Shown here in pieces: positions 17,660 through 26,323 of a stretch of DNA of 64,000 nt. Position numbers and translations under genes: made by a program. The stretch covers positions 149,722 to 213,721 of the forward strand of contig JACRBQ010000035.1 of NCBI GenBank assembly GCA_016213135.1, written 5' to 3'. Origin of the DNA: Chloroflexota bacterium (lineage in GTDB: Bacteria > Chloroflexota > Anaerolineae > Anaerolineales > VGOW01). Within the stretch, counting starts at the first letter, position 1. Each line of letters starts with the position of its first letter. The notes beneath the pieces were generated by a model that saw only the letters and a list, made by a program, of their open reading frames with translations, was not told where the DNA came from and searched no databases.

Positions 17660-19462
17660 CTATTGGGTCTTTGTCAACGAGCATCCATTGTCGAACGTCA
17701 CGGTAACGGTGTAGCCGGTGCTGGCGGCGTTGTTGTTGAATTGGAATTCGAGTGTTTTAGTCTGTCCGGCGCTCAGCGCCACGCTGGAAAGCCAGCCGCC
17801 AGAGATGTTCGCCGGGGAAGTGTTGTCTCCTGTATCCCAGATGGTCGAGCCGCCGAACTTGATCTTTTTCAATTTGCCGTTTGTTCCGTCGGGCCACGAG
17901 ATGTCAATGCTGGTGATGGAGGCCGTGCTGCCGCCGCCGTTGGTGAAGTCGAGCAAAGCGGATTTGCCGGAGATGGAAATATTGGTGGCGGTGATGGCGC
18001 AGCCGGACGCCGTGCCGGTGAAATCCTGCGTCGGGCTGGAGCCGGAGATGGAGACGGTGGCAGAGGCCGGGCTGAAGGTGTAGCCGCCCAGACTGGCCAT
18101 CAGCGTGTACGATCCACTGCTCAACCCGGCCTTGCTGTAATAGCCGCTGCCGTTGGTGGTGGCGCTCCAGGACGAAGTGCCGCTGGCGTTGATCGTCACG
18201 CCCGAAATGGCCGCGCCGCCGCCGGTGCGCGTGTAGCCGGAGATGGAATAGGAGCAGGCGAAGTTGTTGCCGGTGGAACTCGCTCCGGCGATGCTGACGG
18301 AAATCGTGGACGGGGTGAACGTGCAGCCGGAGCCGCTCGGCGTTACCGTGTACGTTCCATTGCTCAAGCCGGAGAACGCGTAATTGCCGCTGCCGTCCGT
18401 GGTGGTGGCGCCGCTGCCCGCGCCGCCGAGCGTCATCGTTACGGCGGACGCGCCGGTCACCGTGCCGGAAATGCTGTATGTCGTCACCGGGCAGTTGGCG
18501 GAGAAGTTGTTGCCGGTGGAGTCCGCGTTGTTGAGGGTAACGCCGAGCGAGAGCGGGGCGAACGTGCAACCAGTTTTCGCGGGTGTGACGGTGTAACTGC
18601 CGTTCGCCAGACCGGTGAACGTGTAGTTGCCGCTGCCGTCGCTGGTGGTTGTGCTGCTGCTTGCGCCGGAGAGCGTCACCGTCGCGCCGGTGACGCCGAC
18701 CGCGCCGGATATGGAAAAGCCGGAGCAGGTTGGGGTGAAGTTATTGCCGCTGGAGCTTGACGTGGTGATGGTGACGACGAGCGAAGCAGGCGAAAACGTG
18801 CATCCGGTTTTGCCGGGGGCGATGGTGTACGTGCCGCTGTTCAAGCCGGTCAAGGTGTAATTGCCCACGGCATCCGTGGTGGCCGATCCGGTTCCGCCGC
18901 TGGTGATAGTGACCGTCGCCGCTGACAGGCCGGGGATGTTGCCGGAGATGCCGTACACGCCGCCGCCGCCGCCGAGCGCTTCGGCCACCGGCGTCACTTT
19001 GTCAATGCGCTCGGTGATCATGATCGCCCGCGCTTGCAAAGCCAGCACACCGGGCAGCAGGGTGACGCCGTTGAAACCGACGGGGATTAACGGCGCGTAG
19101 TTGTAGGAGACGGTGACGGTGATAATGGAGTTGGCGCTGCCGCCGTTGGTCGGGTTCACCGACACGTCGAGGTAGTTTGCGGAAGTGCCGGGCTCGACGG
19201 CGGCCGTGTCGGTGGATGGAGCCACAATCAGCCCGGCAGCGGCGGCGCGCGTTTTCGTCACAATCGAATCGGGCCGGTCGGCGGCCACGCCGGTGATGCT
19301 CTGCCCGGTAATGGCGTAGCGCCCGCCCTCGCGCGCCGCGTGTTCGATGGTGACATACGCCTGTACGAGACGCGCCATCTCAATCAGCCCGAACAGCATG
19401 AGCAGTACGATGGGCAGCATGAGAGCGAATTCGACCAGACCCTGCCCTTTTCGCGCGCGCAT
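17660..19462 (-). CDS. TadE-like N-terminus, five CarboxypepD_reg-like repeats and the same Cys-bracketed C-terminal domain
   Basis: Start MRARKGQGLVEFALMLPIVLLMLFG (ATG 19462, GGAGGA RBS). Five repeats of the type GNYT[LF]TGL.[NS]G[ST]YT[IV].P.K[TS]GCTF.P. C-terminus CAITATN..VTFDNGCSLTKTQ. Confidence 0.75.
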   Translation of the reverse strand: MRARKGQGLVEFALMLPIVLLMLFGLIEMARLVQAYVTIEHAAREGGRYAITGQSITGVAADRPDSIVTKTRAAAAGLIVAPSTDTAAVEPGTSANYLDVSVNPTNGGSANSIITVTVSYNYAPLIPVGFNGVTLLPGVLALQARAIMITERIDKVTPVAEALGGGGGVYGISGNIPGLSAATVTITSGGTGSATTDAVGNYTLTGLNSGTYTIAPGKTGCTFSPASLVVTITTSSSSGNNFTPTCSGFSISGAVGVTGATVTLSGASSSTTTSDGSGNYTFTGLANGSYTVTPAKTGCTFAPLSLGVTLNNADSTGNNFSANCPVTTYSISGTVTGASAVTMTLGGAGSGATTTDGSGNYAFSGLSNGTYTVTPSGSGCTFTPSTISVSIAGASSTGNNFACSYSISGYTRTGGGAAISGVTINASGTSSWSATTNGSGYYSKAGLSSGSYTLMASLGGYTFSPASATVSISGSSPTQDFTGTASGCAITATNISISGKSALLDFTNGGGSTASITSIDISWPDGTNGKLKKIKFGGSTIWDTGDNTSPANISGGWLSSVALSAGQTKTLEFQFNNNAASTGYTVTVTFDNGCSLTKTQ

Positions 19463-19807
19463 TGTTTTTCTATCCTCCATCGTGTGCAAAGCAAACCCGT
19501 CAAACACGCAGACCGATTCGGCGTGCTTTTATGAATAGAGAGACTAAAGGGGATAAAAATACAGGAGATGACTATTGGGGGGAAAACAAAGAGGCGGCCA
19601 CATGGGCCGTCCCTTATTGTTACCACATTTCTTAGTAAGGCGATGCCGACGTGATAGTCCGCCGCGCCCTTCAACTTCGCGGCGCAAGCACCCTGAGCGC
19701 AGTGCGGCGTAGTTCCGCACGAAGTCGAAGGGGTGCGCCGCTGCGCGCAGGATGCCTTGCCGTAAACCAATTAGGAAACCGTTCTAAGGCTGGCAGTTAC
19801 TGCAATT

Positions 19808-21106
19808 CTACTTCGGCGCGCCGAGTGCGGAAGTCAGGTTGATGCGCCCCGGCGCGTTTTCCTCGCCGCCTTCCTTCTTATTCCCGCCCTCGCCCACTTT
19901 CACTTTGGATATTTTCTTGACAATCGTCTCACTCACTTTGGCCGCATTCCACTCTGGATGTTGAGCGATGAGCAGCGCGGCTTCGCCGGAGACAAACGCT
20001 GCCGACATCGAAGTGCCAGCGCCGCTGGCGTAACCGTCATTGGCGAATGTACTAAAAATATCCACGCCGGGCGCAAAGACATCGGTGTCTTTGGTCCTTC
20101 CGCCGGAAAATGCTGCGACGACATCTTCCGAGTCGGTTGCGCCCACGCCCAGCACTGACCGCGCGCTCGGCCCGCCGAAAGCCGCCGGATAATTGGCGCC
20201 TTCGCCGTCTCCGGCAGCGGCCACCACCACCACGCCGCGTCCAATCGCGTAATTGAGCGCATCGGACAGAGACGGCGTAAGCCGCGGCGCGCTCATGCTC
20301 AAGTTGATCACCCGCGCGCCGTGATCCACGGCATATCGGATCCCGGCGGCCACTTCCCAATACGTGCCGATGCCGTCCGAGTTCAGCACGCGCACCGGCA
20401 AGATCATCGCCCCCGGCGCAAGGGTGTGAACGATCCCGGCTATGTGCGTGCCGTGCCCCGTACCTTCGTCAATCAACCCGTTGCCGTCGTTGTCCAACCC
20501 GTCGCCGCGATCATACGGATCGTCGTCCATGCCGACGAAATCGTAGCCCGGCAGAAGCGCGCCGGCCAGCGCGGGATGATCCAGATCAATGCCGCTATCA
20601 ATGATGGCGACGATCACGCCCTGCCCGGTGGACACCGACTGCGCCGACGACAAACCGATTTTCTTCCACGCCCATTGATCCTTTGACGCGCCGCCCGAGG
20701 CCGAATCGCCATGCCCGCCAAAGTAACGCTGTCCGCCGGCCGGGAACGATCCGTGGCCGCCAAAATAGCGTTGGCTTCCGCCCGGAGCCGCGTCGGCGTA
20801 ATAGTTCGGTTCGGCGTAGAAGAGATCGGGGTCGGCGTTGAGCGCGGGCAGAAGCGCATCGGCGGCCTGCCCTGCCGGAAGCTGCCAGAGAGTTAGATTC
20901 GTTTCGGTGACGACGCCCGTCACCGTTGCACCATAGCGGGCGGCGAGGAGCGCGCTATCCACGCCCGGCTTCGGCTTGACCACCACTTGATCGGATGGCA
21001 CGTCGGGCAGTTTGGAGTCCGCGCGGACGATTCCGGCAGACCCGACGGCAACGGCCAGCGCCAACCCGACGGCGACGATCATTTTGAGAGAGTGTATTGC
21101 GCGCAT
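19808..21106 (-). CDS. Secreted subtilisin-family (S8) serine protease
   Basis: Signal peptide MRAIHSLKMIVAVGLALAVAVGSAGIVRA. Catalytic triad contexts IIDSGIDLDHP, GHGTHIAGIV, GTSMSAAFVSG. Internal duplication QRYFGGHG x2. Confidence 0.9.
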   Translation of the reverse strand: MRAIHSLKMIVAVGLALAVAVGSAGIVRADSKLPDVPSDQVVVKPKPGVDSALLAARYGATVTGVVTETNLTLWQLPAGQAADALLPALNADPDLFYAEPNYYADAAPGGSQRYFGGHGSFPAGGQRYFGGHGDSASGGASKDQWAWKKIGLSSAQSVSTGQGVIVAIIDSGIDLDHPALAGALLPGYDFVGMDDDPYDRGDGLDNDGNGLIDEGTGHGTHIAGIVHTLAPGAMILPVRVLNSDGIGTYWEVAAGIRYAVDHGARVINLSMSAPRLTPSLSDALNYAIGRGVVVVAAAGDGEGANYPAAFGGPSARSVLGVGATDSEDVVAAFSGGRTKDTDVFAPGVDIFSTFANDGYASGAGTSMSAAFVSGEAALLIAQHPEWNAAKVSETIVKKISKVKVGEGGNKKEGGEENAPGRINLTSALGAPK

Positions 21107-21187
21107 GTGAACTGTCCTTTCGTTGGGGCGAAGCATTCGCCAACAAGCGCCCGGTTTTATCGGAGCTGAGAGGCGAATGCCTCGCCC

Positions 21188-24040
21188 CTACTGTTCGCTC
21201 CCCACCAGCGCTAACGGCGCCCAAATGTAGGGGTGATCATTCTCTTTTATCAACGTCATCTGCGCCTGCCGCAGCGCTTGTGCTTTGGGCCGTCCGGCCA
21301 ACAACGCTTTGTAAAATTCGGCCATCAACTTCGTGATCGATTCGTCGTCTACCATCCACAGGCTCACCAGGAGCGAGGGCGTCCCGGCATACAAAAACCC
21401 GCGCACCAGGCCGATCAAATCGTCGCCGCCGGCCACGCGGCCCAGCCCGCTCTCGCAGGCGCTCAGCGTGACGAGCGAAGCGCGCAGTTCGAGGTCATAC
21501 ACATCCTGCGCGGCTAACCAAGCATCCGCCAACCGCACGGCAGAAAGCAATGGGGCTTCCGGGCGAAACAGCCCGTGCGCCGCGAAATGCAGGAGGCCAG
21601 AATCCGGCGCAAGTTCGCGCACCCTGGCCGCCGTTGCCTCTTCGCCGATCAATGTCCTAGCATCGGGGAACAAGCGGGCGAGCGTTTGCGCTTCCTGCGT
21701 CACGCGCGCGGCGCGCTCGTCGGGCACGCCCACAAACAACGGCTGGCTGTAGGGTAGACCCTCGCCCCGTCCGGCCTTCTCGCGGCAGAACTTCAACACC
21801 GAGGCGCTGGGCGCATACGAAACCGAGTGCGTCTCGACGAGGTAGCACCCATCCGCATACAGCGCGTGAAAAGGCAAGTGGTGCAATAGTCCGTGCGGGA
21901 TAACGATCAGCGACTCCGCATCGGCGATCTCCGACCACAGCGGCGCGATCAGCGCTGTGCGAAGCTGCCCCAGCACGTCAACCGTTCCGGCGCGGAGCGC
22001 CTCGCGATGCCGGTTGAAGTAGTCCGGCCCATATTGAAACTTGGAAAGCTGAAACGCCAGCCCGTCCAACAGCGGCGAAAGCGACGCCGCCGAGACGAGA
22101 TTCAAATGAACGCGCAGGCGACCAGGGCGGACGACAAACGCCATCACCTGTCCGCGCGCAATGAAGTATTCGATCAGAGCGGCGCCCGGCGGCAGGTCGG
22201 CCTGCGCTTCCTCCGCCGAAACTGCGGTGACGCGCTGCAACGATAAATGCTCGGCGTGTTTGGCCTGAAGGTCGCGCCACAGACTCACCGCTTGCCGCTC
22301 ACGCTCAAGGATCTTGCGGTGCACCTCGGGCCCGGCGGGCGGCGGCCCGGCCTCGCCGGGTTTATCGCCGCCCATAATGCGCGAGTACAGCCAGTTCAAC
22401 TCGTCGCGCACCGATTGCAGTTCTTCGGCGCGGCGCGCGTCAACGGCGTCGGCCAGGCGCAGGCGCGGGCGCACGGCGGCGGCTAGCAGATCAACCAGCG
22501 CGCGCGACTTGGCCCGCTCGGCCCATCCGAACGACTTGGCGCTGTCACCCGGCGCAGTGAGCAGGGCCAGCGCTTCGTACGGCGCAAGCTTATCGGCGAC
22601 AAACGCCGTGCGGTGTTCGTCGGCGGCGAGCGAGGCGACAATGGTTTCCAATTCTTCAACGGCGCGGCGGTAGTAGGGCAACGCCGATTCCGGCTCGTTC
22701 AATCCCTCGTAGACGCGGCCGTATCCGGCCCAGATTCTCTGCCACAGCCACGGCGCAGATAAGTCTTTCAAGGCGATGCGCGCCACTTGCAGCGCGCCCA
22801 GCGCATCTACCCACAGCCGCTCATCGGCCAGCAGAGTCGCGCGGAAGATTTCGGCGTACGCGTGTTTTGTTTGTAGTCCCAGCCGCCGGTACGCTTCCGA
22901 CGCGCCGGAGATGTTCGTCCGCGCCTTGGCTCTGGCTCCGGCGCGGCCCAGCACTTCGGCCCGCGCCAGATCGACGTGCGCGGCCCACACCTCGTTGCCC
23001 TCGGCGGCGAACAATTCGCGCGCCTGCGCCAGCAGCGCCAGCGCGCTACCCGACCCAAGCCGCGCCAGGGCCACTGCTTTGTTCGCCTGCGATCTTGCCA
23101 ATTCAAAATTCATGCCGAGAGCGGCGAAAATTTCCCCGGCTTGTCCGGCGAGGCGCAGCGCTTCCTGCGGCAGATTCAGTTCAAGGTAAATATCGCTTTC
23201 GTGGAGGTCAATGTACGCCGCTTCCATCGGAATATCAATGGCGGCAAACGCCGCGCGCGCGCGCTCAAACACGCGCAGCGCATCGCCGTAGCCCCCGCGC
23301 GCATAATGGAGAAAGGCCACGTCGTGATCGACCATCGCCACGGCCGCCCGCAGTTCCGCCGAGTCGAACACCGGGCGCGCCTGAACGTATAATTCTTCCG
23401 CGCCGCGAAAATCGTCGAGCACCGTCAACACGTTGGCCTCATTCACCTGTGTCATGGCGACGGTTAACGCTTCACCCGATGCCTCGCAGGCCGCGCGCGC
23501 GCGGCGGAAGTACCGGAGCGCCTCCGCATGGCGTTCCTGCCGGGCGCACAAATTACCTAGATTCATTTCCAGCTTGGCTTGCGAGAAAGTATCGCCCTCG
23601 ACGGCAAAGACCTGAACGGCCGACTCGGCGAGCGTCTGGGCTTCGTCGTACCGGCCCAGATACATGAGCGCATCCACGCGTCCAATGCTCGTGCGGGCCG
23701 CTTCAAGGGGCCGTTGCGCCGCGTGAAAGAGATCGGCGGCGCGCGTGTAGTGTTGAACAGCAGATTCGTTTTCGCCTAACGAGGCGTGGGCGTTAGCCTG
23801 CCCCCAGACCCCCAGCGCGCGCGCCGCCGGGTCCGTTACCGTCTCGGCGGCCTCTTCGGCCATGCAGGCGATGGCCAGCGCCTGCCGCGCATCGTCGCGC
23901 TCGACTTCGTCTACGCGATTCTTCAGGGCGCGGACGATCTCATACCGGATGCTCTCAGGTTGTCCGGCCAACAAGCGACGGCGCGCATCGGCGTCGGGCG
24001 CGGCCAGCAGCCTCTCCATCAGCGGCTCGCTATCCGGCAT
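21188..24040 (-). CDS. TPR-repeat CHAT-domain (caspase-fold) protease
   Basis: 950 aa. The N-terminal about 500 aa are TPR-like helical repeats. The C-terminal CHAT domain has intact His/Cys contexts LLHFAAHG and LVTLSACESG. Confidence 0.85.
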   Translation of the reverse strand: MPDSEPLMERLLAAPDADARRRLLAGQPESIRYEIVRALKNRVDEVERDDARQALAIACMAEEAAETVTDPAARALGVWGQANAHASLGENESAVQHYTRAADLFHAAQRPLEAARTSIGRVDALMYLGRYDEAQTLAESAVQVFAVEGDTFSQAKLEMNLGNLCARQERHAEALRYFRRARAACEASGEALTVAMTQVNEANVLTVLDDFRGAEELYVQARPVFDSAELRAAVAMVDHDVAFLHYARGGYGDALRVFERARAAFAAIDIPMEAAYIDLHESDIYLELNLPQEALRLAGQAGEIFAALGMNFELARSQANKAVALARLGSGSALALLAQARELFAAEGNEVWAAHVDLARAEVLGRAGARAKARTNISGASEAYRRLGLQTKHAYAEIFRATLLADERLWVDALGALQVARIALKDLSAPWLWQRIWAGYGRVYEGLNEPESALPYYRRAVEELETIVASLAADEHRTAFVADKLAPYEALALLTAPGDSAKSFGWAERAKSRALVDLLAAAVRPRLRLADAVDARRAEELQSVRDELNWLYSRIMGGDKPGEAGPPPAGPEVHRKILERERQAVSLWRDLQAKHAEHLSLQRVTAVSAEEAQADLPPGAALIEYFIARGQVMAFVVRPGRLRVHLNLVSAASLSPLLDGLAFQLSKFQYGPDYFNRHREALRAGTVDVLGQLRTALIAPLWSEIADAESLIVIPHGLLHHLPFHALYADGCYLVETHSVSYAPSASVLKFCREKAGRGEGLPYSQPLFVGVPDERAARVTQEAQTLARLFPDARTLIGEEATAARVRELAPDSGLLHFAAHGLFRPEAPLLSAVRLADAWLAAQDVYDLELRASLVTLSACESGLGRVAGGDDLIGLVRGFLYAGTPSLLVSLWMVDDESITKLMAEFYKALLAGRPKAQALRQAQMTLIKENDHPYIWAPLALVGSEQ

Positions 24041-24620
24041 CGTGTATCTCTAATCCCTCGATGGCAACTTCGCGCGAATCGGATTCGATAACCAGATCGT
24101 AGTTGCCGAGAGGAACGGGGCGAAAAGCGAATCGTCCGAACGAATCCGCGCCCACGTCGTCGATCACTTCCCCGGCGCGGTGCAAACGGACAATGGAGGG
24201 CTGCTCACCGCCGAGTATCTGCCCGACCAGAGTCGCTCCGCCTTCGGCGAAATGGATCTGCAAGTCAATATCCAGCCCTTCTGCCGTGAACAGCAACTGT
24301 CGGGCGCGCGCCGCCGGGCCGCGTACCGCGGCCAGCGGCGATTGGCGGTAGTTATCAAACACCAGCATGGCCGCGATGCGGACGCGAGGCGGCGCGGCCG
24401 GCCGCGCGCGAAACGCAGCCACTGCACGCCGCAGAGTTTCTTCGGGCGGAGCGACGGTGTCGTCATTCGCCAATGCGCCCAACGCCGCGCGAATCCGGGA
24501 GAGTTCGACGCTGCACTGCGAACACGGCCCGGCGAGGTGTTCGTCAATCGCGGCGCGGGCTTCGCGCGGAAGCGAGTCTTCGACGTAATCGAGCAGGCTG
24601 GCAAAAGATGGATGGGTCAT
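24030..24620 (-). CDS. Soluble zf-HC2-type anti-sigma factor with Ig/CarboxypepD_reg-like C-terminal domain
   Basis: Start MTHPSFASLLDYVEDSL (ATG 24620). Motif HLAGPCSQC. No hydrophobic TM segment. C-terminus GRFAFRPVPLGNYDLVIES. Overlaps the CHAT start by 11 bp. Confidence 0.7.
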   Translation of the reverse strand: MTHPSFASLLDYVEDSLPREARAAIDEHLAGPCSQCSVELSRIRAALGALANDDTVAPPEETLRRAVAAFRARPAAPPRVRIAAMLVFDNYRQSPLAAVRGPAARARQLLFTAEGLDIDLQIHFAEGGATLVGQILGGEQPSIVRLHRAGEVIDDVGADSFGRFAFRPVPLGNYDLVIESDSREVAIEGLEIHDAG

Positions 24621-24700
24621 GTGTGTTCCATTCTGTTCCCTGCGAATTCTCCCTGATGTATAGAGACGCAAACAGGAGGGAAAATACCTACCAAGCGGGC

Positions 24701-25276
24701 TTACTCAAATCCTGTGCTTTTGAGTATGCCAAGCAGTTTTTCCAGACAGCGGGCGCGCGTAGGGCCGATACTGCCCAACGGCAGGTCGAGAATATCGGCG
24801 ATCTCCTCGTAAGAAGGCTGGGGGTGCGCATAAAACAACAGCGTAATCAACTGGCGGCAGCGCGAGTCGAGCCGCTGTACAGCCATGCGAATAAGTGTCA
24901 ATTGCTCGAGTCGGGAGAAAATGTCTTCGAGAGAGGAGTCGTCATCGGGTAGATTTTCGATCAGCGCGAAATCAGGCCCGTCGGCCATGCGCCGCCGCTG
25001 GCGAGCCTGCCGCCAACACTCGCGGCGCGTCGTGATCACCAGCCAGGCGACGAGGCGCGTGCGGTCGCGCAGACGCGCCAGATTTTCCAACAACAGCATC
25101 CAAACTGCTTGAAAGATGTCGTCGGCGGCGCTCTCCGGCAGGCCGTAGCGGAGAGGAATGGAGTAAATGAGGCGTTGATACCGAAGGATGAGGGCTTCCC
25201 ACGCGCGCGCATCCCCGGCCAGACAGGCGTCAATTATTTCGGAATCGGCGAGTGTCAGAAAATCGGGCGGGGGCAT
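24701..25276 (-). CDS. ECF-type RNA polymerase sigma-70 factor
   Basis: Region 2 (YQRLIYSIPLRYGL..ADDIFQAVW) and region 4 (SYEEIADILDLPLGSIGPTRARCLEKL). Alternative GTG start at 25318. TATACT lies 10 nt upstream of ATG 25276. Confidence 0.85.
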   Translation of the reverse strand: MPPPDFLTLADSEIIDACLAGDARAWEALILRYQRLIYSIPLRYGLPESAADDIFQAVWMLLLENLARLRDRTRLVAWLVITTRRECWRQARQRRRMADGPDFALIENLPDDDSSLEDIFSRLEQLTLIRMAVQRLDSRCRQLITLLFYAHPQPSYEEIADILDLPLGSIGPTRARCLEKLLGILKSTGFE

Positions 25277-25324
25277 AGACGAACTAGTATACCGCGATTG
25301 CCCCGGCCACACACTCACCGTGCA

Positions 25325-25573
25325 CTAGTGATCATCGCCGCCCGGTTCGCCGTCATCACCGCCACTTCCCCCACTGCCACCACCGGAGCCGGGTGTGTGA
25401 GTCGGTTCAGGCGTGCGGCTCGGCTCATCCGCTTTCGTTGGCTCGCGCGGTTTTCCGGCTCTTTGGTTTTGGGACGGCTCCGGCGTCTTGCTCGGCTTTT
25501 TGGTCTCGGGCGGCGCGGGAGTCTTGCTCGGCTCTTTCAGTTCGGTTGGTATGCCGGGAATTTCCTTTGCCAT
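25325..25573 (-). CDS. Hypothetical low-complexity Pro/Thr/Lys-rich small protein
   Basis: ORF only (MAKEIPGIPTELKEPSKTPAPPETKKPSKTPEP..GSGGGSGGSGGDDGEPGGDDH). It overlaps another candidate ORF, 25425..25757, in a different frame, so its coding status is unresolved. Confidence 0.3.
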   Translation of the reverse strand: MAKEIPGIPTELKEPSKTPAPPETKKPSKTPEPSQNQRAGKPREPTKADEPSRTPEPTHTPGSGGGSGGSGGDDGEPGGDDH

Positions 25574-26323
25574 GCCGGTGATGTAGTGATAGGCGGGGAT
25601 CCAAATACGCCACGTCCAAGTCGTTCACCGCATAACTTTCCCACTGCCCGTCCCCGTGCCGCAATTCAACCGACAGGCTCGACTTCGAAGCCACCACTTC
25701 ATAATCACTCTGCTGCAAGCGCGGGTTGTCGGCGACGGCGTCGGCCAGACTCGGCACGGGGTTGGCGCGGCCCGTTTTGGCGCGGAGATCAAAACCGCCG
25801 GTGAGGGCGTCGGTGTCCTCAAAATACAGTTTGTTTCACTTCGTGAACCACCCCAAAAAAGGAGACTGCAGCACGATTACCGAGCAGAAAGCGGTTCCAA
25901 AAGGAGTTTTTGGCTTGTTTTGCCCGAATCCAAGTCATTCCCAATTAGACGCTCCTATTTCCTAGTATTGGCAGGGCCGACACTCTCCACAGAATATGTC
26001 GTGCCTTTATGGGCGCAACCCAAAACACCTGTAGAACAAGGGCAAACCGCGTGCTTTTACGCTAAACGCATAGTGATCGGAACGGATTTTCTACCACAAA
26101 CTAACTCGGTAGTGTTGCTACAGTCTCCAAAAAAGCCCATGTTTATTTCTGTCCGTGAGGCAAAATCACGCCAGAGTCGGGAGGGCCGTTTTTTGCGATT
26201 CTCGCGACTCTCCGGGCCACTACGGCGAGGGTCAATATCACGCACCAATAAAAGATAAACTCAAACACGCCAAAGGTGGGGGCAGATACTACGCTTGAGG
26301 TGGCGCGGAACTCTGGCATAGCC

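Noticed and set aside
13675-19462. Calling the four envelope genes a Tad/Flp pilus locus
   Set aside because: No Flp pilin, secretin, CpaF/TadA ATPase, TadB/C or TadV peptidase is in the window. Only the pseudopilin-like N-termini are Tad-related, so a complete pilus system cannot be claimed.
20700-20780. Duplicated QRYFGGHG coding segment in the S8 protease as a mobile repeat
   Set aside because: It is a local tandem duplication within one linker region only. It is not related to any of the dispersed repeat families.
25425-25757. 110-aa ORF upstream of the ECF sigma gene as a real CDS
   Set aside because: It overlaps 25325..25573 in another frame, starts at a weak GTG without an RBS and has no recognisable family. 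It may be half of a frameshifted gene, which cannot be resolved from sequence alone.
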